Both the position numbers and the translations under genes were made by a program. From contig JAQWZU010000056.1 of NCBI GenBank assembly GCA_029253285.1, forward strand, positions 12,425-76,424: a stretch of 64,000 nucleotides of DNA, given 5' to 3'. The notes under the pieces were generated by a model. That model was not told the DNA's origin and made no database searches. It saw nothing but the letters and a program-made list of their open reading frames with translations. Below are positions 1 to 15,308 of this stretch, piece after piece; within the stretch, counting starts at the first letter, position 1, and every line of letters begins with the position of its first letter. This stretch comes from Akkermansiaceae bacterium (GTDB taxonomy: Bacteria; Verrucomicrobiota; Verrucomicrobiia; Verrucomicrobiales; Akkermansiaceae).

Positions 1-3000
1 CGGCGGGAGGAGTATTAGCAACTTCCGACGGAGGAGTAATCTCTTCACCTTCGGGTGTTTCAGGCTCTTCTTTCACAGGCTCGGGCTCTTCCACGGTCAT
101 TTCGAAGTCTGAGCTCTTGTGAACGGGGAATCCCGTTCCAGCTGGGATGAGGTGTCCAAGAATGACGTTCTCCTTGAATCCGCGGAGAGTATCAATCTTA
201 CCGAGAGTCGCGGCATCAGTCAGGACACGGGTGGTGTCCTGGAAAGACGCAGCCGAGATGAAGGATTCCGTCTCGATCGAGGCCTTGGTGATTCCGAGGA
301 GAACGGGCTCAGCTTCGGCAGGCTTACCACCTTCTGAAGTGACACGCTTGTTTTCGGCATTGAAGGTCGTCTTCTCAATCTGGTCACCCCAAAGGAATTC
401 GGTATCGCCCGGCTCGGTGATCTTCACCTTGCGAAGCATTTGACGGATAATGATCTCAATGTGCTTATCATTAATCTCCACACCCTGCGAACGGTAAACA
501 GTCTGAACCTCGTTATTGAGGTGCTCCTGCAGTGCCTGCGGTCCGCATGCCTCGAGAAGGTCTTCCGGAGCAACAGGTCCCTCGGTAATCTGATCACCAC
601 GCAACACAGTATCTCCTTCACCAACAATCATGTGCTTGCCCATTGGAACAAGATGATCAGCAGTTTCGCCGGATTCGAGGTGAGTCACGATGACCTTGCG
701 CTTACCGCGGACAGTGCCTCCAAAGGAGATTTCACCGTCGAGCTTGGCAATGACACAGGCGTCTTTCGGACGACGAGCCTCGAAGAGTTCGGCAACCCGT
801 GGAAGACCACCGGTAATGTCACCGGTCTTGGCAACTTTACGTGGAGTTCGCGCAAGCTGCGTTCCGCCAGCGATCTTCTGCTTATCCTTCACCGCGAGGC
901 GGGCACCCACTGGAATCGAGTAGCTGTGAAGCACATCACCGGACTTGGCATCAACGATCACAACCTGGGGATGCAGATCCTCTTTGTGTTCGGTAACGGT
1001 CATGCCCTTCTTACCGGTCTGCTTGTCTGTTTCAGACTGCACGGTAATTCCAGAAATCATGTCGCGGAACTCCACCTTACCACCGCTTTCAGCGATGATG
1101 GGGACAGAGTGCGGATCCCAAGTCAGGATCTTCTGCCCTTTCTTCACGTTGCCGCCGTCTCCGACGGTAATGAAGGAACCAATCACGACATTGTAGGATT
1201 CAAGCTCAAGGCCTTTGGCGTCGCGAACGAGAATCGAACCACCTTTGTTCAGAACAACATGGTTTCCATCAACATCCTCAACAGTGCGTAGTTCTTTGAA
1301 ATACATCACACCCTTGCTCTTAGACTTCACCTCGGGCTGCTTGCTGGCACCAATGGCCACACCACCGGAGTGGAATGTCCGCATGGTCAGCTGCGTTCCG
1401 GGCTCACCAATCGACTGGGCAGCGATGATCCCGACGGCCTCACCAATCTTACCGAGATTTCCGGTCGCCAGGTTGAGGCCATAACAAGTCTGGCAACATC
1501 CACGCTCGGATTCACAAGTAAGCGGAGAGCGAATCTTGAGACGCTCGTGACCAACGTTCTCGACGGCTTTGGAAATGTCTTCATCCATCAACTGACCAAT
1601 CTTAACGATGGTTTTTCCAGTGACAGGATCGACGATCTTCTCGCAGGAAGAACGACCAAAGATACGGGACTGCAGTGAAGCTGCTTCCTCGTCACCCGAG
1701 TAAATCGCGTGAACAGTGATTCCTTTTACGGTGCCGCAATCCGGCTCGGTGATGATCACGTCCTGGGAAACATCAACCAACTTACGGGTCATGTATCCTG
1801 AGTCCGCAGTCTTAAGAGCGGTATCGGCGAGACCTTTACGCGCTCCGTGAGTGGAGATGAAGTATTCCAACACCGAGAGGCCTTCACGGAAGTTCGAAGT
1901 AATGGGACGTTCGATAATCTCACCCGACGGCTTGGCCATCAAACCACGCATTCCGGAGAGCTGCTTAATCTGGTTCTTGTTACCACGAGCACCGGAGTCT
2001 ACCATCATGAAGAGCGGGTTAGCTTTCTCGGAACCTTCGTTGTATTCGAGTTTGCGATAAAGAGCATTCGCAATGTTGTCGGAAGCACGAGTCCAAACGT
2101 CGACCACCTTCTGGTAACGCTCACCGTCGGTGATGACACCATTGCGGTAATGCTTGGAAACAGTCTCAATCTCAGCGTAAGCCTTCTTGAGTTCCTCGGG
2201 TTTCTCCTCGGGAATCACCATGTCGACGATACCAATGGAACAACCGGAACGGGTCGCTTCAGCAAAGCCAAGTGACTTCAAGCGGTCCATGGTTTTTACG
2301 GTCTCGGGACCACCGGCACACTGATAGCAGCGCCAAATGATGTCTCCGATTTGTCCTTTGCCAACGTTGTTGTTGATGAAGCCAACTCCTTCAGGCCAGA
2401 TCTCGTTGAAGCGAACACGACCAGGAGTGGTTTCGAGAATCTTGGATTCCTTGTCACCAAAGACAGTATCCTTACCGTAGTCCGGGTTACGCACGCGGAT
2501 ATACTGGTGGTAGTCGACCTTGCGGTTAGCGATCGCGAACTCCACTTCAGTGGTGTTTTCGAAGAGGCTCAAGTGACCTTGCTTTTCGATCTCCTTGGGA
2601 GTGCGAACTCGGGCCCAGGTGAGGTAGTAGGTTCCAAGAATAATATCCTGCGAGGGAGTAATCACGGGACGTCCTGATGCCGGCGAGAAGATGTTATTAG
2701 TCGCAAGCATAAGCTGGCGACACTCCATCTGGGCTTCAACCGAGAGTGGCACGTGCACCGCCATCTGGTCACCATCGAAATCAGCATTGTATGCTCCGCA
2801 AGTCAGCGGGTGCAAACGAATAGCAGATCCCTCAATAAGGACGGGCTCGAAAGCCTGGATGGACAAACGGTGAAGAGTCGGCGCGCGGTTCAGCATCACC
2901 GGATGACCTTTGGTCACTTCAGCAAGGATGTCCCAGACTTCGGTAGTCTTGCGGTCGATCATCTTCTTGGCTGAACGAACAGTATGGCAGTAGCCCAGTT

Positions 3001-4171
3001 CCTTCAGACGACGGATGATGAATGGCTCGAAGAGTGTTAGAGCCATCTTCTTGGGAAGTCCGCACTGGCTGAGCTTGAGCTCAGGACCAATCACGATCAC
3101 GGAACGACCGGAGTAGTCCACGCGCTTACCAAGGAGGTTCTGACGAAAACGTCCGCCCTTACCCTTGAGCATGTCGGAAAGCGACTTGAGAGCACGGTTG
3201 CCGGCTCCGGTCACGGCCCGTCCATGACGTCCGTTATCGAAGAGGGCGTCAACCGCTTCCTGCAGCATGCGCTTCTCGTTTCGGATAATGACCTCAGGAG
3301 TTTTCAACTGCATCAAGTTACGGAGACGATTGTTCCGGTTAATGACACGGCGATAGAGATCGTTCAGGTCGGAAGTCGCGAAGCGGCCACCTTCCAAAGG
3401 CACCAGAGGACGAAGGTCGGGAGGAATGACAGGAAGAACCGTCATGATCATCCACTCGGGACGCGTGTTCGAGTAGAGAAATCCGCGGGCGAGCTTGAGG
3501 CGCTTGGCCAGCTTCTTGCGGTTCTGCTTCGAACGAGTCGCTTCCATGGCTTCTTCAAGCTCAACGATAAGCTTTTCAAGGTCGGTCTGGCTCAGGAGAT
3601 CACGAATCGCCTCGGCACCCATTCCGGCGCGGAAGGCTTCATCACCGTAGTCTTCCTCGGCGTCACGGAGTTCATTCTCGGTGAGGAGCTGGCCAGCCTC
3701 AAGAGGAGTCTTACCAGGCTCGGTCACGAGGTAGTCTTCGTAGTAAATCACACGCTCAAGCTCACGCGCGGTCATGTCGAGGACAAGACCAATACGGGAA
3801 GGCATACACTTGTAGAACCAAATGTGGGAGACCGGAACAGCAAGGTCGATGTGGCCCATGCGCTCACGACGAACGCGAGAGAGGGTCACCTCAACACCAC
3901 AACGGTCACAGACGGTCCCCTTGTGTTTGATGCGCTTGTATTTTCCGCAAGCACATTCCCAGTCGCGGGTCGGTCCGAAGATCCGCTCGCAGAAGAGTCC
4001 GCCTTTTTCCGGCTTGAATGTCCGGTAGTTGATGGTTTCAGGATTAAGAACCTCGCCATTGGACCAAGACCGGATGGTCTCGGGATTGGCAACGGTAATA
4101 GAAACCTGGTCGAAGGGATCCGGCTTGGTATCCACTCCGTAAAGTTCGCGAAGATTAGTTTCAACACTCAT
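1..4171 (-). CDS. rpoC: DNA-directed RNA polymerase subunit beta-prime (C-terminus runs off the window start)
   Basis: Reverse-strand translation from the ATG at 4171..4169 gives [95 protein letters not shown]..., a canonical beta-prime N-terminus with its Zn finger. The frame stays open to position 2 (last residues read ...EVANTPPA). It lies 45 nt downstream of rpoB. It is absent from the ORF track only because it is open at the edge. Confidence 0.95.
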   Translation of the reverse strand, partial: MSVETNLRELYGVDTKPDPFDQVSITVANPETIRSWSNGEVLNPETINYRTFKPEKGGLFCERIFGPTRDWECACGKYKRIKHKGTVCDRCGVEVTLSRVRRERMGHIDLAVPVSHIWFYKCMPSRIGLVLDMTARELERVIYYEDYLVTEPGKTPLEAGQLLTENELRDAEEDYGDEAFRAGMGAEAIRDLLSQTDLEKLIVELEEAMEATRSKQNRKKLAKRLKLARGFLYSNTRPEWMIMTVLPVIPPDLRPLVPLEGGRFATSDLNDLYRRVINRNNRLRNLMQLKTPEVIIRNEKRMLQEAVDALFDNGRHGRAVTGAGNRALKSLSDMLKGKGGRFRQNLLGKRVDYSGRSVIVIGPELKLSQCGLPKKMALTLFEPFIIRRLKELGYCHTVRSAKKMIDRKTTEVWDILAEVTKGHPVMLNRAPTLHRLSIQAFEPVLIEGSAIRLHPLTCGAYNADFDGDQMAVHVPLSVEAQMECRQLMLATNNIFSPASGRPVITPSQDIILGTYYLTWARVRTPKEIEKQGHLSLFENTTEVEFAIANRKVDYHQYIRVRNPDYGKDTVFGDKESKILETTPGRVRFNEIWPEGVGFINNNVGKGQIGDIIWRCYQCAGGPETVKTMDRLKSLGFAEATRSGCSIGIVDMVIPEEKPEELKKAYAEIETVSKHYRNGVITDGERYQKVVDVWTRASDNIANALYRKLEYNEGSEKANPLFMMVDSGARGNKNQIKQLSGMRGLMAKPSGEIIERPITSNFREGLSVLEYFISTHGARKGLADTALKTADSGYMTRKLVDVSQDVIITEPDCGTVKGITVHAIYSGDEEAASLQSRIFGRSSCEKIVDPVTGKTIVKIGQLMDEDISKAVENVGHERLKIRSPLTCESERGCCQTCYGLNLATGNLGKIGEAVGIIAAQSIGEPGTQLTMRTFHSGGVAIGASKQPEVKSKSKGVMYFKELRTVEDVDGNHVVLNKGGSILVRDAKGLELESYNVVIGSFITVGDGGNVKKGQKILTWDPHSVPIIAESGGKVEFRDMISGITVQSETDKQTGKKGMTVTEHKEDLHPQVVIVDAKSGDVLHSYSIPVGARLAVKDKQKIAGGTQLARTPRKVAKTGDITGGLPRVAELFEARRPKDACVIAKLDGEISFGGTVRGKRKVIVTHLESGETADHLVPMGKHMIVGEGDTVLRGDQITEGPVAPEDLLEACGPQALQEHLNNEVQTVYRSQGVEINDKHIEIIIRQMLRKVKITEPGDTEFLWGDQIEKTTFNAENKRVTSEGGKPAEAEPVLLGITKASIETESFISAASFQDTTRVLTDAATLGKIDTLRGFKENVILGHLIPAGTGFPVHKSSDFEMTVEEPEPVKEEPETPEGEEITPPSEVANTPPA

Positions 4172-4216
4172 GAGATCAGTTTAAGTAGTTTGGATTTTAT
4201 GTTCTCTGGGTTGGAT

Positions 4217-8086
<3,870 letters not shown>

Positions 8087-8280
8087 AGTGTAATCCGGAT
8101 GGAATTTACACCGGACCCACAGGGGCCGGTGTTAGAGTTTTTGGTTTGGAATTGCAATTCCGTTTGTGTGCGGTGAGCGGGCACGAACGGAGAACAGCTG
8201 ATTTCAAGTGGTGAAACGGGCTGATCTCCGGCCGGGCCCAATCCCGGTCGAAACCGGGACTGGGGTAAAATCCGGAGGGT

Positions 8281-8658
8281 CTACTTGAGCTCGACTTTGG
8301 CGCCGGCCTCTTCGAGAGCTTTTTTGGCTTCCTCAGCAGCATCCTTGGCAAGGCCTTCGGCCACAGCAACGGGAGCTGATTCAACAAGCTTCTTGGCTTC
8401 GGCAAGACCGAGACCGGAAGCAACTCCGCGAACAGCCTTAATAACAGCAATCTTGTTGCCACCGGCTTCTGCGAGAACCACGTCGAATTCAGTCTTCTCT
8501 TCAGCTGGAGCTGCGTCAGCGGCTGGGCCGGCTGCGACTGCTGCAACTGGAGCAGCGGCGGAAACGCCCCACTCTTCTTCAAGGTTCTTAACCAATTCGG
8601 CTGCTTCCAAAACGGAAAGCTTACCGAGCTCTTCTGCTAATTTTGTAATGTCTGACAT
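8281..8658 (-). CDS. rplL: 50S ribosomal protein L7/L12
   Basis: 125 aa with an Ala-rich hinge and the C-terminal block [25 protein letters not shown]. Position is downstream of rplJ. Confidence 0.97.
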   Translation of the reverse strand: MSDITKLAEELGKLSVLEAAELVKNLEEEWGVSAAAPVAAVAAGPAADAAPAEEKTEFDVVLAEAGGNKIAVIKAVRGVASGLGLAEAKKLVESAPVAVAEGLAKDAAEEAKKALEEAGAKVELK

Positions 8659-8809
8659 TGTATTGTTTTGTCGGTATCGTCGCGTTCAAGGCTTTTAAAC
8701 ATTTCAATCTCACTGCCGTAAGATCGACGAGGAACCAGTTTTGTTGTCCAGGAATTCCGCTCTTCGATAAATCGCCGATCGGAAAACCATCCGTTCAAAT
8801 TTGTTGGGT

Positions 8810-9322
8810 TTAGCTTTCGTCCGGGAACTTGGCTTTAATGACACGAGCCAGCGATCCGGCGGGCTCGTTGATGGTGCGAAGCAACTTGGTTGCCGGCGCG
8901 TTGATGGTCGAAAGAAGCATTCCAAGCATAACTTCCCGTGAAGGAAGACTCGCAAGTGCGGTCACTTGGGCGGCATCAAGAACCGATCCGTCGAGGATTC
9001 CGGCTTTGATTTCGGGCTTATTGAACTCCTTGGCGAAGTTGGCAACAGCTTTGGCCACGCCACATACATCGGAATCCCCAGTGATGAAGGCGGTCTGGCC
9101 TACAAGGCTTTCGCTGAGGTCAGGAAGTCCGGCGTCGGCGAGAACACGCTTCATGAAGGTATTCTTAGCAACGTGACACTCGGCTCCGGCTTCGGAAAGG
9201 CGGCCGCGGAGTTCGTCAAACTCAGGAACAGTCACTCCGGTGTAGTCCACTACCAAGACGAAGGGAGACACGTCCACGCGCTCCTTGATTTCATCGAGAA
9301 TGTATTTTTTATCTGGGTTCAT
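8810..9322 (-). CDS. rplJ: 50S ribosomal protein L10
   Basis: 170 aa. It sits between rplA and rplL, and length and composition are L10-like. Confidence 0.9.
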   Translation of the reverse strand: MNPDKKYILDEIKERVDVSPFVLVVDYTGVTVPEFDELRGRLSEAGAECHVAKNTFMKRVLADAGLPDLSESLVGQTAFITGDSDVCGVAKAVANFAKEFNKPEIKAGILDGSVLDAAQVTALASLPSREVMLGMLLSTINAPATKLLRTINEPAGSLARVIKAKFPDES

Positions 9323-9331
9323 GGTAGTAGA

Positions 9332-10033
9332 TTAAGACGTAGTGTAAATGGATGGATCGAGGCTCAATCCAGGGAGCATCGATGAAGAAATGGTGATATT
9401 CTCGATGTAGTTGCCCTTCGCGGAAGCGGGTTTGGCTTTCACGAGACTCTCGATTAAAGCACCGGCATTTTCCGCAATCTGCTCTTCGGAGAAGGAAGCC
9501 TTTCCAACGGCAGCAGCGATGTTGGCGTTTTTGTCGATCTTATAATCGATACGACCGGCCTTAACAGCATTGACCGCCTTGGCGGTATCGTCGGTCACAG
9601 TGCCGGTCTTTGGGTTGGGCATGAGGCCGCGGGGTCCGAGAACCCGGGCAACCTTACGCACCTCCGTCATGGCGTCAGGAGTAGCGATGGCCGCGTCGAA
9701 ATCAACGTAGCCGCCTTGCACCTTCTTGATGAGATCTTCGAATCCCACTTCGTCAGCACCTGCTTCTTCGGCAGCCTTGGCCGCATCGCCCTGGGCGAAT
9801 ACGATCACGCGGACAGTCTTACCGGTTCCGTGGGGCAGGGCCACACTTCCGCGGACCATCTGGTCGCTTTTACGAGGATCGACACCCATGTTCGCTGAAA
9901 TGGTGACTGTTCCGTCGAACTTGGGCGCGGGGAACTTCTTAAGAAGAGCGGCAGCGTCTGCGAGGGAGTATTTCGCTCCTTCTTCGACGAGGGCTGCGGC
10001 CTTCGCGTAACGTTTACTTCTTTTATTACTCAT
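9332..10033 (-). CDS. rplA: 50S ribosomal protein L1
   Basis: 233 aa with L1 motifs ([37 protein letters not shown]). Confidence 0.96.
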   Translation of the reverse strand: MSNKRSKRYAKAAALVEEGAKYSLADAAALLKKFPAPKFDGTVTISANMGVDPRKSDQMVRGSVALPHGTGKTVRVIVFAQGDAAKAAEEAGADEVGFEDLIKKVQGGYVDFDAAIATPDAMTEVRKVARVLGPRGLMPNPKTGTVTDDTAKAVNAVKAGRIDYKIDKNANIAAAVGKASFSEEQIAENAGALIESLVKAKPASAKGNYIENITISSSMLPGLSLDPSIYTTS

Positions 10034-10124
10034 TGTCTTTTTGGCAGTGCGATCGGATGGCCTATTAAACCACCCTCCTGCTATTTGATTGCCCTCCTCT
10101 CTTCAGAGTCCGGCGAGATTGAAT

Positions 10125-10550
10125 TTAGGCTTCGATTTCGAGGCCCATCTGGCGGGCGGTTCCAGCCAGAATTTTGGCGGCCTGCTCGGGGTCGTTCGTG
10201 TTGAGATCAACGATCTTGCGGTCGACGACCTCCATTAGCTTGGCGCGCGATAGCGTACCAACCTTCACTTTGTTGGGTTCACCGGAACCGGAAGCAAGTC
10301 CGGCAGCCTTCTTGAGAAGGACCGCTGCGGGCGGCTGCTTGGTAACGAAAGTGAAGCTGCTGTCTTTATAGACCGTGATGATCGTCGGGAGGAGGTCTCC
10401 GGCAGACGCCTGGGTCGCCGCGTTGAATTCCTTACAGAAACCCATGATATTAACTCCGGCCTGACCAAGTGCAGGACCGACGGGAGGTGATGGATTTGCT
10501 TGTCCTGCCTGGATTTGCAGTTTGAGAACGGATTTTACTTCCTTAGCCAT
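10125..10550 (-). CDS. rplK: 50S ribosomal protein L11
   Basis: 141 aa with L11 motifs ([34 protein letters not shown]). Confidence 0.97.
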   Translation of the reverse strand: MAKEVKSVLKLQIQAGQANPSPPVGPALGQAGVNIMGFCKEFNAATQASAGDLLPTIITVYKDSSFTFVTKQPPAAVLLKKAAGLASGSGEPNKVKVGTLSRAKLMEVVDRKIVDLNTNDPEQAAKILAGTARQMGLEIEA

Positions 10551-10634
10551 GATATTAGGTGAGTGATAAAGTTTTGCCCTACGGGCGGAGAGGTGTGGTG
10601 GGTTTTATTGAGATAAAGTCAAGAAAGAAACAAC

Positions 10635-11204
10635 TTAGGCCTTCTCAACCTGCCAGTATTCGAGCTCCACCGGGGTGGAACGACCAAAAATGGTAACCGC
10701 AACGCGGAGCTTGCCCTTTTCAGGGTCAATTTCCTCCACAATGCCGTTTTGACTTTCAAAGGGACCGTCGGAGACCTTTACGGTATCGCCAACTTCGAAT
10801 TCGATGGACGGACGGACACTGCCTTCACGCTCCTCGATCTGACTGAGCATGCTGGCCACTTCCTTGGCACGCATCGGGATCGGCTGGCTCTTGGCCCCGG
10901 CAAATCCGATGGCTCCATCGAGTTCCTGCATGAAATACCAGGTATCCTCGACAACCTCATTGTTGGGCTGCAGAAGGTGCATGTTGATGATGACGTATCC
11001 CGGGAAGAATTTCTTCTTACTCTCGGTTTTCTTACCGGCACGGACTTCGGAGACCAATTCGGTAGGAACAAGAACGTTGAAGATCTTGTCGCCAAGCTCT
11101 TCCGATTCCACGAGACGCTCGATGCGGCTTTTCACCTTCTGCTCCTGACCGGAGAGAACGTGAACCACATACCATTGGTCTTTCGGTGCGGGAATGGTGG
11201 GCAT
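10635..11204 (-). CDS. nusG: transcription termination/antitermination factor NusG
   Basis: 189 aa with the N-terminal WYVVHVLSGQEQKV (NGN domain) and a C-terminal KOW-like GDTVKVSDGPFESQNGIVEEI. It lies between secE and rplK. Confidence 0.95.
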   Translation of the reverse strand: MPTIPAPKDQWYVVHVLSGQEQKVKSRIERLVESEELGDKIFNVLVPTELVSEVRAGKKTESKKKFFPGYVIINMHLLQPNNEVVEDTWYFMQELDGAIGFAGAKSQPIPMRAKEVASMLSQIEEREGSVRPSIEFEVGDTVKVSDGPFESQNGIVEEIDPEKGKLRVAVTIFGRSTPVELEYWQVEKA

Positions 11205-11249
11205 GAGAGTAGTAAAAAGTGATGGGTAAATAAAATGGGACGAAGGCGC

Positions 11250-11477
11250 CTATTGGGCGAGACCTCCGATGAATGTTACGGCCTGGGTATGAATGAGGTC
11301 CCAGAGGCTGACGTAAGCGGCGAGCAGGATGATGGCAACCAGCACGACCAAAGTTGAATCAATCAATTCCTTGAATTTCTTGAATCCACGAACTTTGGGA
11401 TCGGGATCCCAGGGCCAAGATGCTTTGCGGAGCTCGGTTTTGACCTCACCGATGAATTTGAAGGTTTTTTGGAACAT
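11250..11477 (-). CDS. secE: preprotein translocase subunit SecE
   Basis: 75 aa with GEVKTELRKASWP followed by a single TM helix. It occupies the canonical slot upstream of nusG. Confidence 0.85.
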   Translation of the reverse strand: MFQKTFKFIGEVKTELRKASWPWDPDPKVRGFKKFKELIDSTLVVLVAIILLAAYVSLWDLIHTQAVTFIGGLAQ

Positions 11478-11502
11478 GAAATTGAATGATTGCTGACTGA
11501 AG

Positions 11503-11578
11503 TGGCAGGACAGGCGAGACTCGAACTCGCAACACCTGGTTTTGGAAACCAGTACTCTACCAATTGAGCTACTGTCCT
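11503..11578 (-). tRNA. trnW: tRNA-Trp (anticodon CCA)
   Basis: The reverse complement reads AGGACAGTAGCTCAATTGGTAGAGTACTGGTTTCCAAAACCAGGTGTTGCGAGTTCGAGTCTCGCCTGTCCTGCCA. A cloverleaf can be drawn, the anticodon loop is TTCCAAA, the T-loop is GTTCGAGTC, and the 3' CCA is encoded. Confidence 0.92.
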
Positions 11579-11699
11579 TTTACTTTTAAAGATTTGTTTT
11601 TTGAGGCGACTGAGGGGGCACCCCTTACAGAGTGCCCCCATTAAAACCAGCCTGACAGACTGTCACCCGAGCGGGAAAACAATCTGTCGATTTTAGTGA

Positions 11700-12884
11700 T
11701 TATTCGAGAATGTCGCCAACACGTCCGGCACCAACGGTGCGGCCGCCTTCACGAATCGCGAATCGCATGGACTTCTCCATAGCAACAGGAGTGATTAGTT
11801 CAATTGTGAGGCTGACGTTATCACCAGGCATCACCATTTCAACTCCATCAGGAAGAGAAATAGAACCAGTCACGTCCGTTGTGCGGAAGTAGAACTGCGG
11901 ACGGTAGTTGCTGAAGAATGGAGTGTGACGTCCACCTTCGTCCTTCGAGAGAACGTAAACTTCAGCAGTAAACTTGGTGTGAGGAGTCACAGAACCAGGC
12001 TTCACGATACACTGACCACGCTCGAGGTCGTCCTTCTTAAGTCCGCGGACAAGAAGACCGACGTTGTCCCCTGCACGACCTTCGTCGAGCAACTTACGGA
12101 ACATTTCGATGTCAGTAATGGTGGTTTTCTGAGTGTCGCGGATACCCACGATCTCAACTTCACCCATCTTCTCGATGATACCACGCTCGATACGTCCGGT
12201 AGCAACGGTTCCACGTCCTTCAATCGAGAACACGTCCTCAATAGGCATGAGGAAGTCCTGATCAACCGGGCGCTCAGGCTCAGGAATGTAGCTGTCAACA
12301 GCGTCCATGAGCTTAATAATGTTCTCCTTCTGGGCGGCGTCGCCTTCAAGAGCACCAAGGGCGGAACCCTTGACAATGGGGATGTCGTCCCCGGGAAATT
12401 CATACATGCTGAGCAACTCGCGCACTTCCATCTCGACGAGCTCAAGGAGCTCATCGTCGTCGACCTGATCGGTCTTGTTGAGGAAGACCACAAGAGCAGG
12501 CACTCCAACCTGACGAGCAAGCAGGATGTGCTCACGAGTCTGGGGCATTGGGCCATCCGCGGCGGAAACCACGAGAATACCACCGTCCATCTGGGCGGCT
12601 CCGGTAATCATGTTCTTCACGTAGTCAGCGTGACCTGGGCAGTCAACGTGAGCATAGTGACGCCCTTCGGTTTCATATTCAACGTGTGCGGTGGAAATAG
12701 TAATTCCACGCGCCTTCTCCTCTGGAGCGGCGTCGATTTCGTCATAAGCCTTGGCTTCTCCACCCATCTTCTCAGCGAGGACGGTGGTGATAGCGGCGGT
12801 GAGGGTGGTTTTACCGTGGTCAACGTGGCCGATGGTGCCGACATTGACGTGAGGCTTATTCCTTTCGAACTGTTCTTTAGCCAT
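11700..12884 (-). CDS. tuf: elongation factor Tu
   Basis: The start is set at the ATG at 12884, giving [33 protein letters not shown].... The 51 extra N-terminal codons in the ORF track run through the upstream tRNA-Thr and are rejected. Confidence 0.98.
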   Translation of the reverse strand: MAKEQFERNKPHVNVGTIGHVDHGKTTLTAAITTVLAEKMGGEAKAYDEIDAAPEEKARGITISTAHVEYETEGRHYAHVDCPGHADYVKNMITGAAQMDGGILVVSAADGPMPQTREHILLARQVGVPALVVFLNKTDQVDDDELLELVEMEVRELLSMYEFPGDDIPIVKGSALGALEGDAAQKENIIKLMDAVDSYIPEPERPVDQDFLMPIEDVFSIEGRGTVATGRIERGIIEKMGEVEIVGIRDTQKTTITDIEMFRKLLDEGRAGDNVGLLVRGLKKDDLERGQCIVKPGSVTPHTKFTAEVYVLSKDEGGRHTPFFSNYRPQFYFRTTDVTGSISLPDGVEMVMPGDNVSLTIELITPVAMEKSMRFAIREGGRTVGAGRVGDILE

Positions 12885-12934
12885 TGTTCTGGTTGGTTTT
12901 AATTTAGCTGTTTTTGTCGTTTGGAGATTTCTGC

Positions 12935-13009
<75 letters not shown>

Positions 13010-13246
13010 AATTCCTACAAAATTCTATCAGTCGCAATTAGCATTGGGACAAGCGCACACAAGACCATTTCTAGGTTTTATCTGCCACTCCCCGCTGCTC
13101 AAAGCGAGCGGGAAGCTATCAAAGTCGGTCACTCTGTCAAAAGTATTTTCAAAAGAATGTCTCTTTCGCTGGAAACCCCGTAAAATGAAGGTTTCCGAGA
13201 GATTCCTCAAGCCAAAAAGTGGCGTTTGAAACCCCTTTTTACCGAA

Positions 13247-14041
13247 TTATTCTTCAATTAAACGATTAAACCTCTCGATTCGCTCCGTATTGCCGGATTC
13301 TTCGTCGATATCGACAATCACGCCACAGAGCCTTACCGGACCCTTGGCCACTGGAAAACGCGTCGGTAATCCTGTCCGAAACCGCCAAACCACCGAATCT
13401 ACCTCTCTCCCAAGGACGGACACATCCGGCCCGCACATCCCGGCATCGGTCAAATAGGCCGTTCCACCGGGAAAAATCGTCTCATCCGCCGTCTGAACGT
13501 GGGTGTGTGTGCCCACCACCAGGGAAGCCAGCCCATCCAAAGCCCGTCCCATCGCGATTTTTTCGCTTGTGGCCTCGGCATGGAAATCCACCACGATCAT
13601 TTTCACCCCTTCCTCCTCCCGAAGACGTTTAATCTCGCCCTCCAGCATTGTTAAGGGGTTTTCCAGCGGCGGATTCATAAAGGTCCGCCCCATCGCATTT
13701 AATACCGCCACTTTCCCCTTCGCCGTATCCAGCACCACTGATCCTTTCCCTGGCGCCTCCGCCGGAAAGTTGATCGGCCTCAATAGCCTTGGCTCCGTCG
13801 GGAAATAATCCAAAATGTCGCGTTGGTCCCAAACATGATCCCCCGTCGTAACCACCGCCGCCCCTGCCCGAAGCAGATCAATGCTGATTTTGGGGGTAAT
13901 CCCCCGCCCTCCGGCGGCATTTTCACCATTGATAATGATGAAATCCACTTCCTCCGATTTCTTGATCTCCGCCAACTGGACAATCACCGCGGCACGGCCG
14001 GGCGAACCAACCACATCTCCCAAAAATAAAACTCTCATCAT
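13247..14041 (-). CDS. YmdB-like metallophosphoesterase (2',3'-cyclic-nucleotide phosphodiesterase family)
   Basis: 264 aa with the hallmark blocks VLFLGDVVGSPGR, IINGENAAGGRGIT, TTGDHVWD and VGTHTHVQTADE. Confidence 0.85.
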   Translation of the reverse strand: MMRVLFLGDVVGSPGRAAVIVQLAEIKKSEEVDFIIINGENAAGGRGITPKISIDLLRAGAAVVTTGDHVWDQRDILDYFPTEPRLLRPINFPAEAPGKGSVVLDTAKGKVAVLNAMGRTFMNPPLENPLTMLEGEIKRLREEEGVKMIVVDFHAEATSEKIAMGRALDGLASLVVGTHTHVQTADETIFPGGTAYLTDAGMCGPDVSVLGREVDSVVWRFRTGLPTRFPVAKGPVRLCGVIVDIDEESGNTERIERFNRLIEE

Positions 14042-14096
14042 GGCACTACTTTTTTTTGAAGTTGCGAGCCCTTCGGCAACGCTCCATCAGTGAAGC

Positions 14097-15308
14097 ATGA
14101 CAAAAGGGGGCCGGACAACGTCAATCCACTGGATCGTGATCGCCCTCGTTGTTTTAGTCGCAGGATATCTCCTCACGCGCAAAGGCGAAGAGGCCCTGCC
14201 GCCTCCACCTCAAACCAGCCTCCGGACCGAGCTTGTCCTGGCCCAACTCGGTATCCCGCCGGACTGGTCGCAACTCAACCGCTTCCAGGATACCATTTCG
14301 CGCGGCACCTTCCTCGAGCGCCTCGAAACGGTCTATACCCGGAACGACAGCTGGAAAAAATGGATCGAGGTCTCTGACACCGAGGCCACCTTTGTCACCA
14401 CGGGTGATCCTTTCATCCTCCGCTTTGCCAAATCCGACAAGAACTCTCCTGGCTCAATCTGGAATTGGAAAAAACGATCCGAACTCCTCCCTTCAAGAAA
14501 TCTTCCCCTCGAAGGCCTCATCATCGCGATAGACCCCGGGCACATCGGTGGAGAATTTGCAAAAATCGAAAAGCGCAAACTCAACTACCCCAACACGCCG
14601 GTCATCGAGGAAGGCACCATGACTCTTCGCACCGCAAAGTATCTTCAACCACTTCTCGAAAATCTTGGCGCGAGCGTCTCTCTCACCCGAACCAAAACCG
14701 AACCCGTCACCCCGCTCCGCGCCAAAAACTTCCCCGACCCCCAGCTCTTCTATCGCACCGCCGAAATCCGAGCCCGCGCCGACCTCATCAACAAACAAAT
14801 CAAACCCGACCTCGTCATCTGCCTCCACTTCAATGGCTCGGGCTCTCCGGCACTCTCCTCCGGACAACACTTCCATGTCATTCTCCCCGGAGCCTTTCAC
14901 GAATCCGAAATCGCGCACGACGACGAACGCTTCGAAATGCTCCAACGCCTCCTCTCCGGCACCATCGATGAAGAACTCCCACTCGCCGCCAGCATCGCCG
15001 CCTCCTTCGAGGAAGAAACCGATCTGCCAGCCTACACCTATCGGGCCAATCACCAATTTTCGACCAATCTCGACAACAATCCTTTCCTCTGGGCCCGCAA
15101 TCTTCTCGCCACCCGCCTCTACCAGTGCCCCGTCATTTTTCTGGAACCCTATGTCATGAACAGCACCAACTTTGTCGAACGCATCAAGGCCGGGGACTAC
15201 GAAGGATCCAAGTTCGTCGATGGCAAATTCCGCCGCTCGGTTTACCGCGAATATGCCCACACCGTTGCAGAGGGGCTCGCGAGACACTACTCTTCGATCC
15301 ATGACTAA
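14097..15308 (+). CDS. N-acetylmuramoyl-L-alanine amidase family protein (Amidase_3-like) with an N-terminal TM anchor
   Basis: 403 aa with the TM helix WIVIALVVLVAGYLL and Amidase_3-like blocks IAIDPGHIGGE ... LTR ... ADLVICLHFNGSG. Confidence 0.6.
   Translation: MTKGGRTTSIHWIVIALVVLVAGYLLTRKGEEALPPPPQTSLRTELVLAQLGIPPDWSQLNRFQDTISRGTFLERLETVYTRNDSWKKWIEVSDTEATFVTTGDPFILRFAKSDKNSPGSIWNWKKRSELLPSRNLPLEGLIIAIDPGHIGGEFAKIEKRKLNYPNTPVIEEGTMTLRTAKYLQPLLENLGASVSLTRTKTEPVTPLRAKNFPDPQLFYRTAEIRARADLINKQIKPDLVICLHFNGSGSPALSSGQHFHVILPGAFHESEIAHDDERFEMLQRLLSGTIDEELPLAASIAASFEEETDLPAYTYRANHQFSTNLDNNPFLWARNLLATRLYQCPVIFLEPYVMNSTNFVERIKAGDYEGSKFVDGKFRRSVYREYAHTVAEGLARHYSSIHD

Noticed and set aside
11925-12902. 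325-aa plus-strand ORF opposite tuf.
   Set aside because: It is antisense to EF-Tu, one of the most conserved genes known. Its composition is typical of a shadow frame.
13113-13140. Possible sigma70-type promoter for tRNA-Thr/tuf on the minus strand: TTGACA (13140..13135), a 16-nt spacer, then TAGCTT (13118..13113).
   Set aside because: The -35 is perfect but the -10 is poor. The promoter consensus for this lineage is unknown to me, and I cannot test it. Not reported as a feature.
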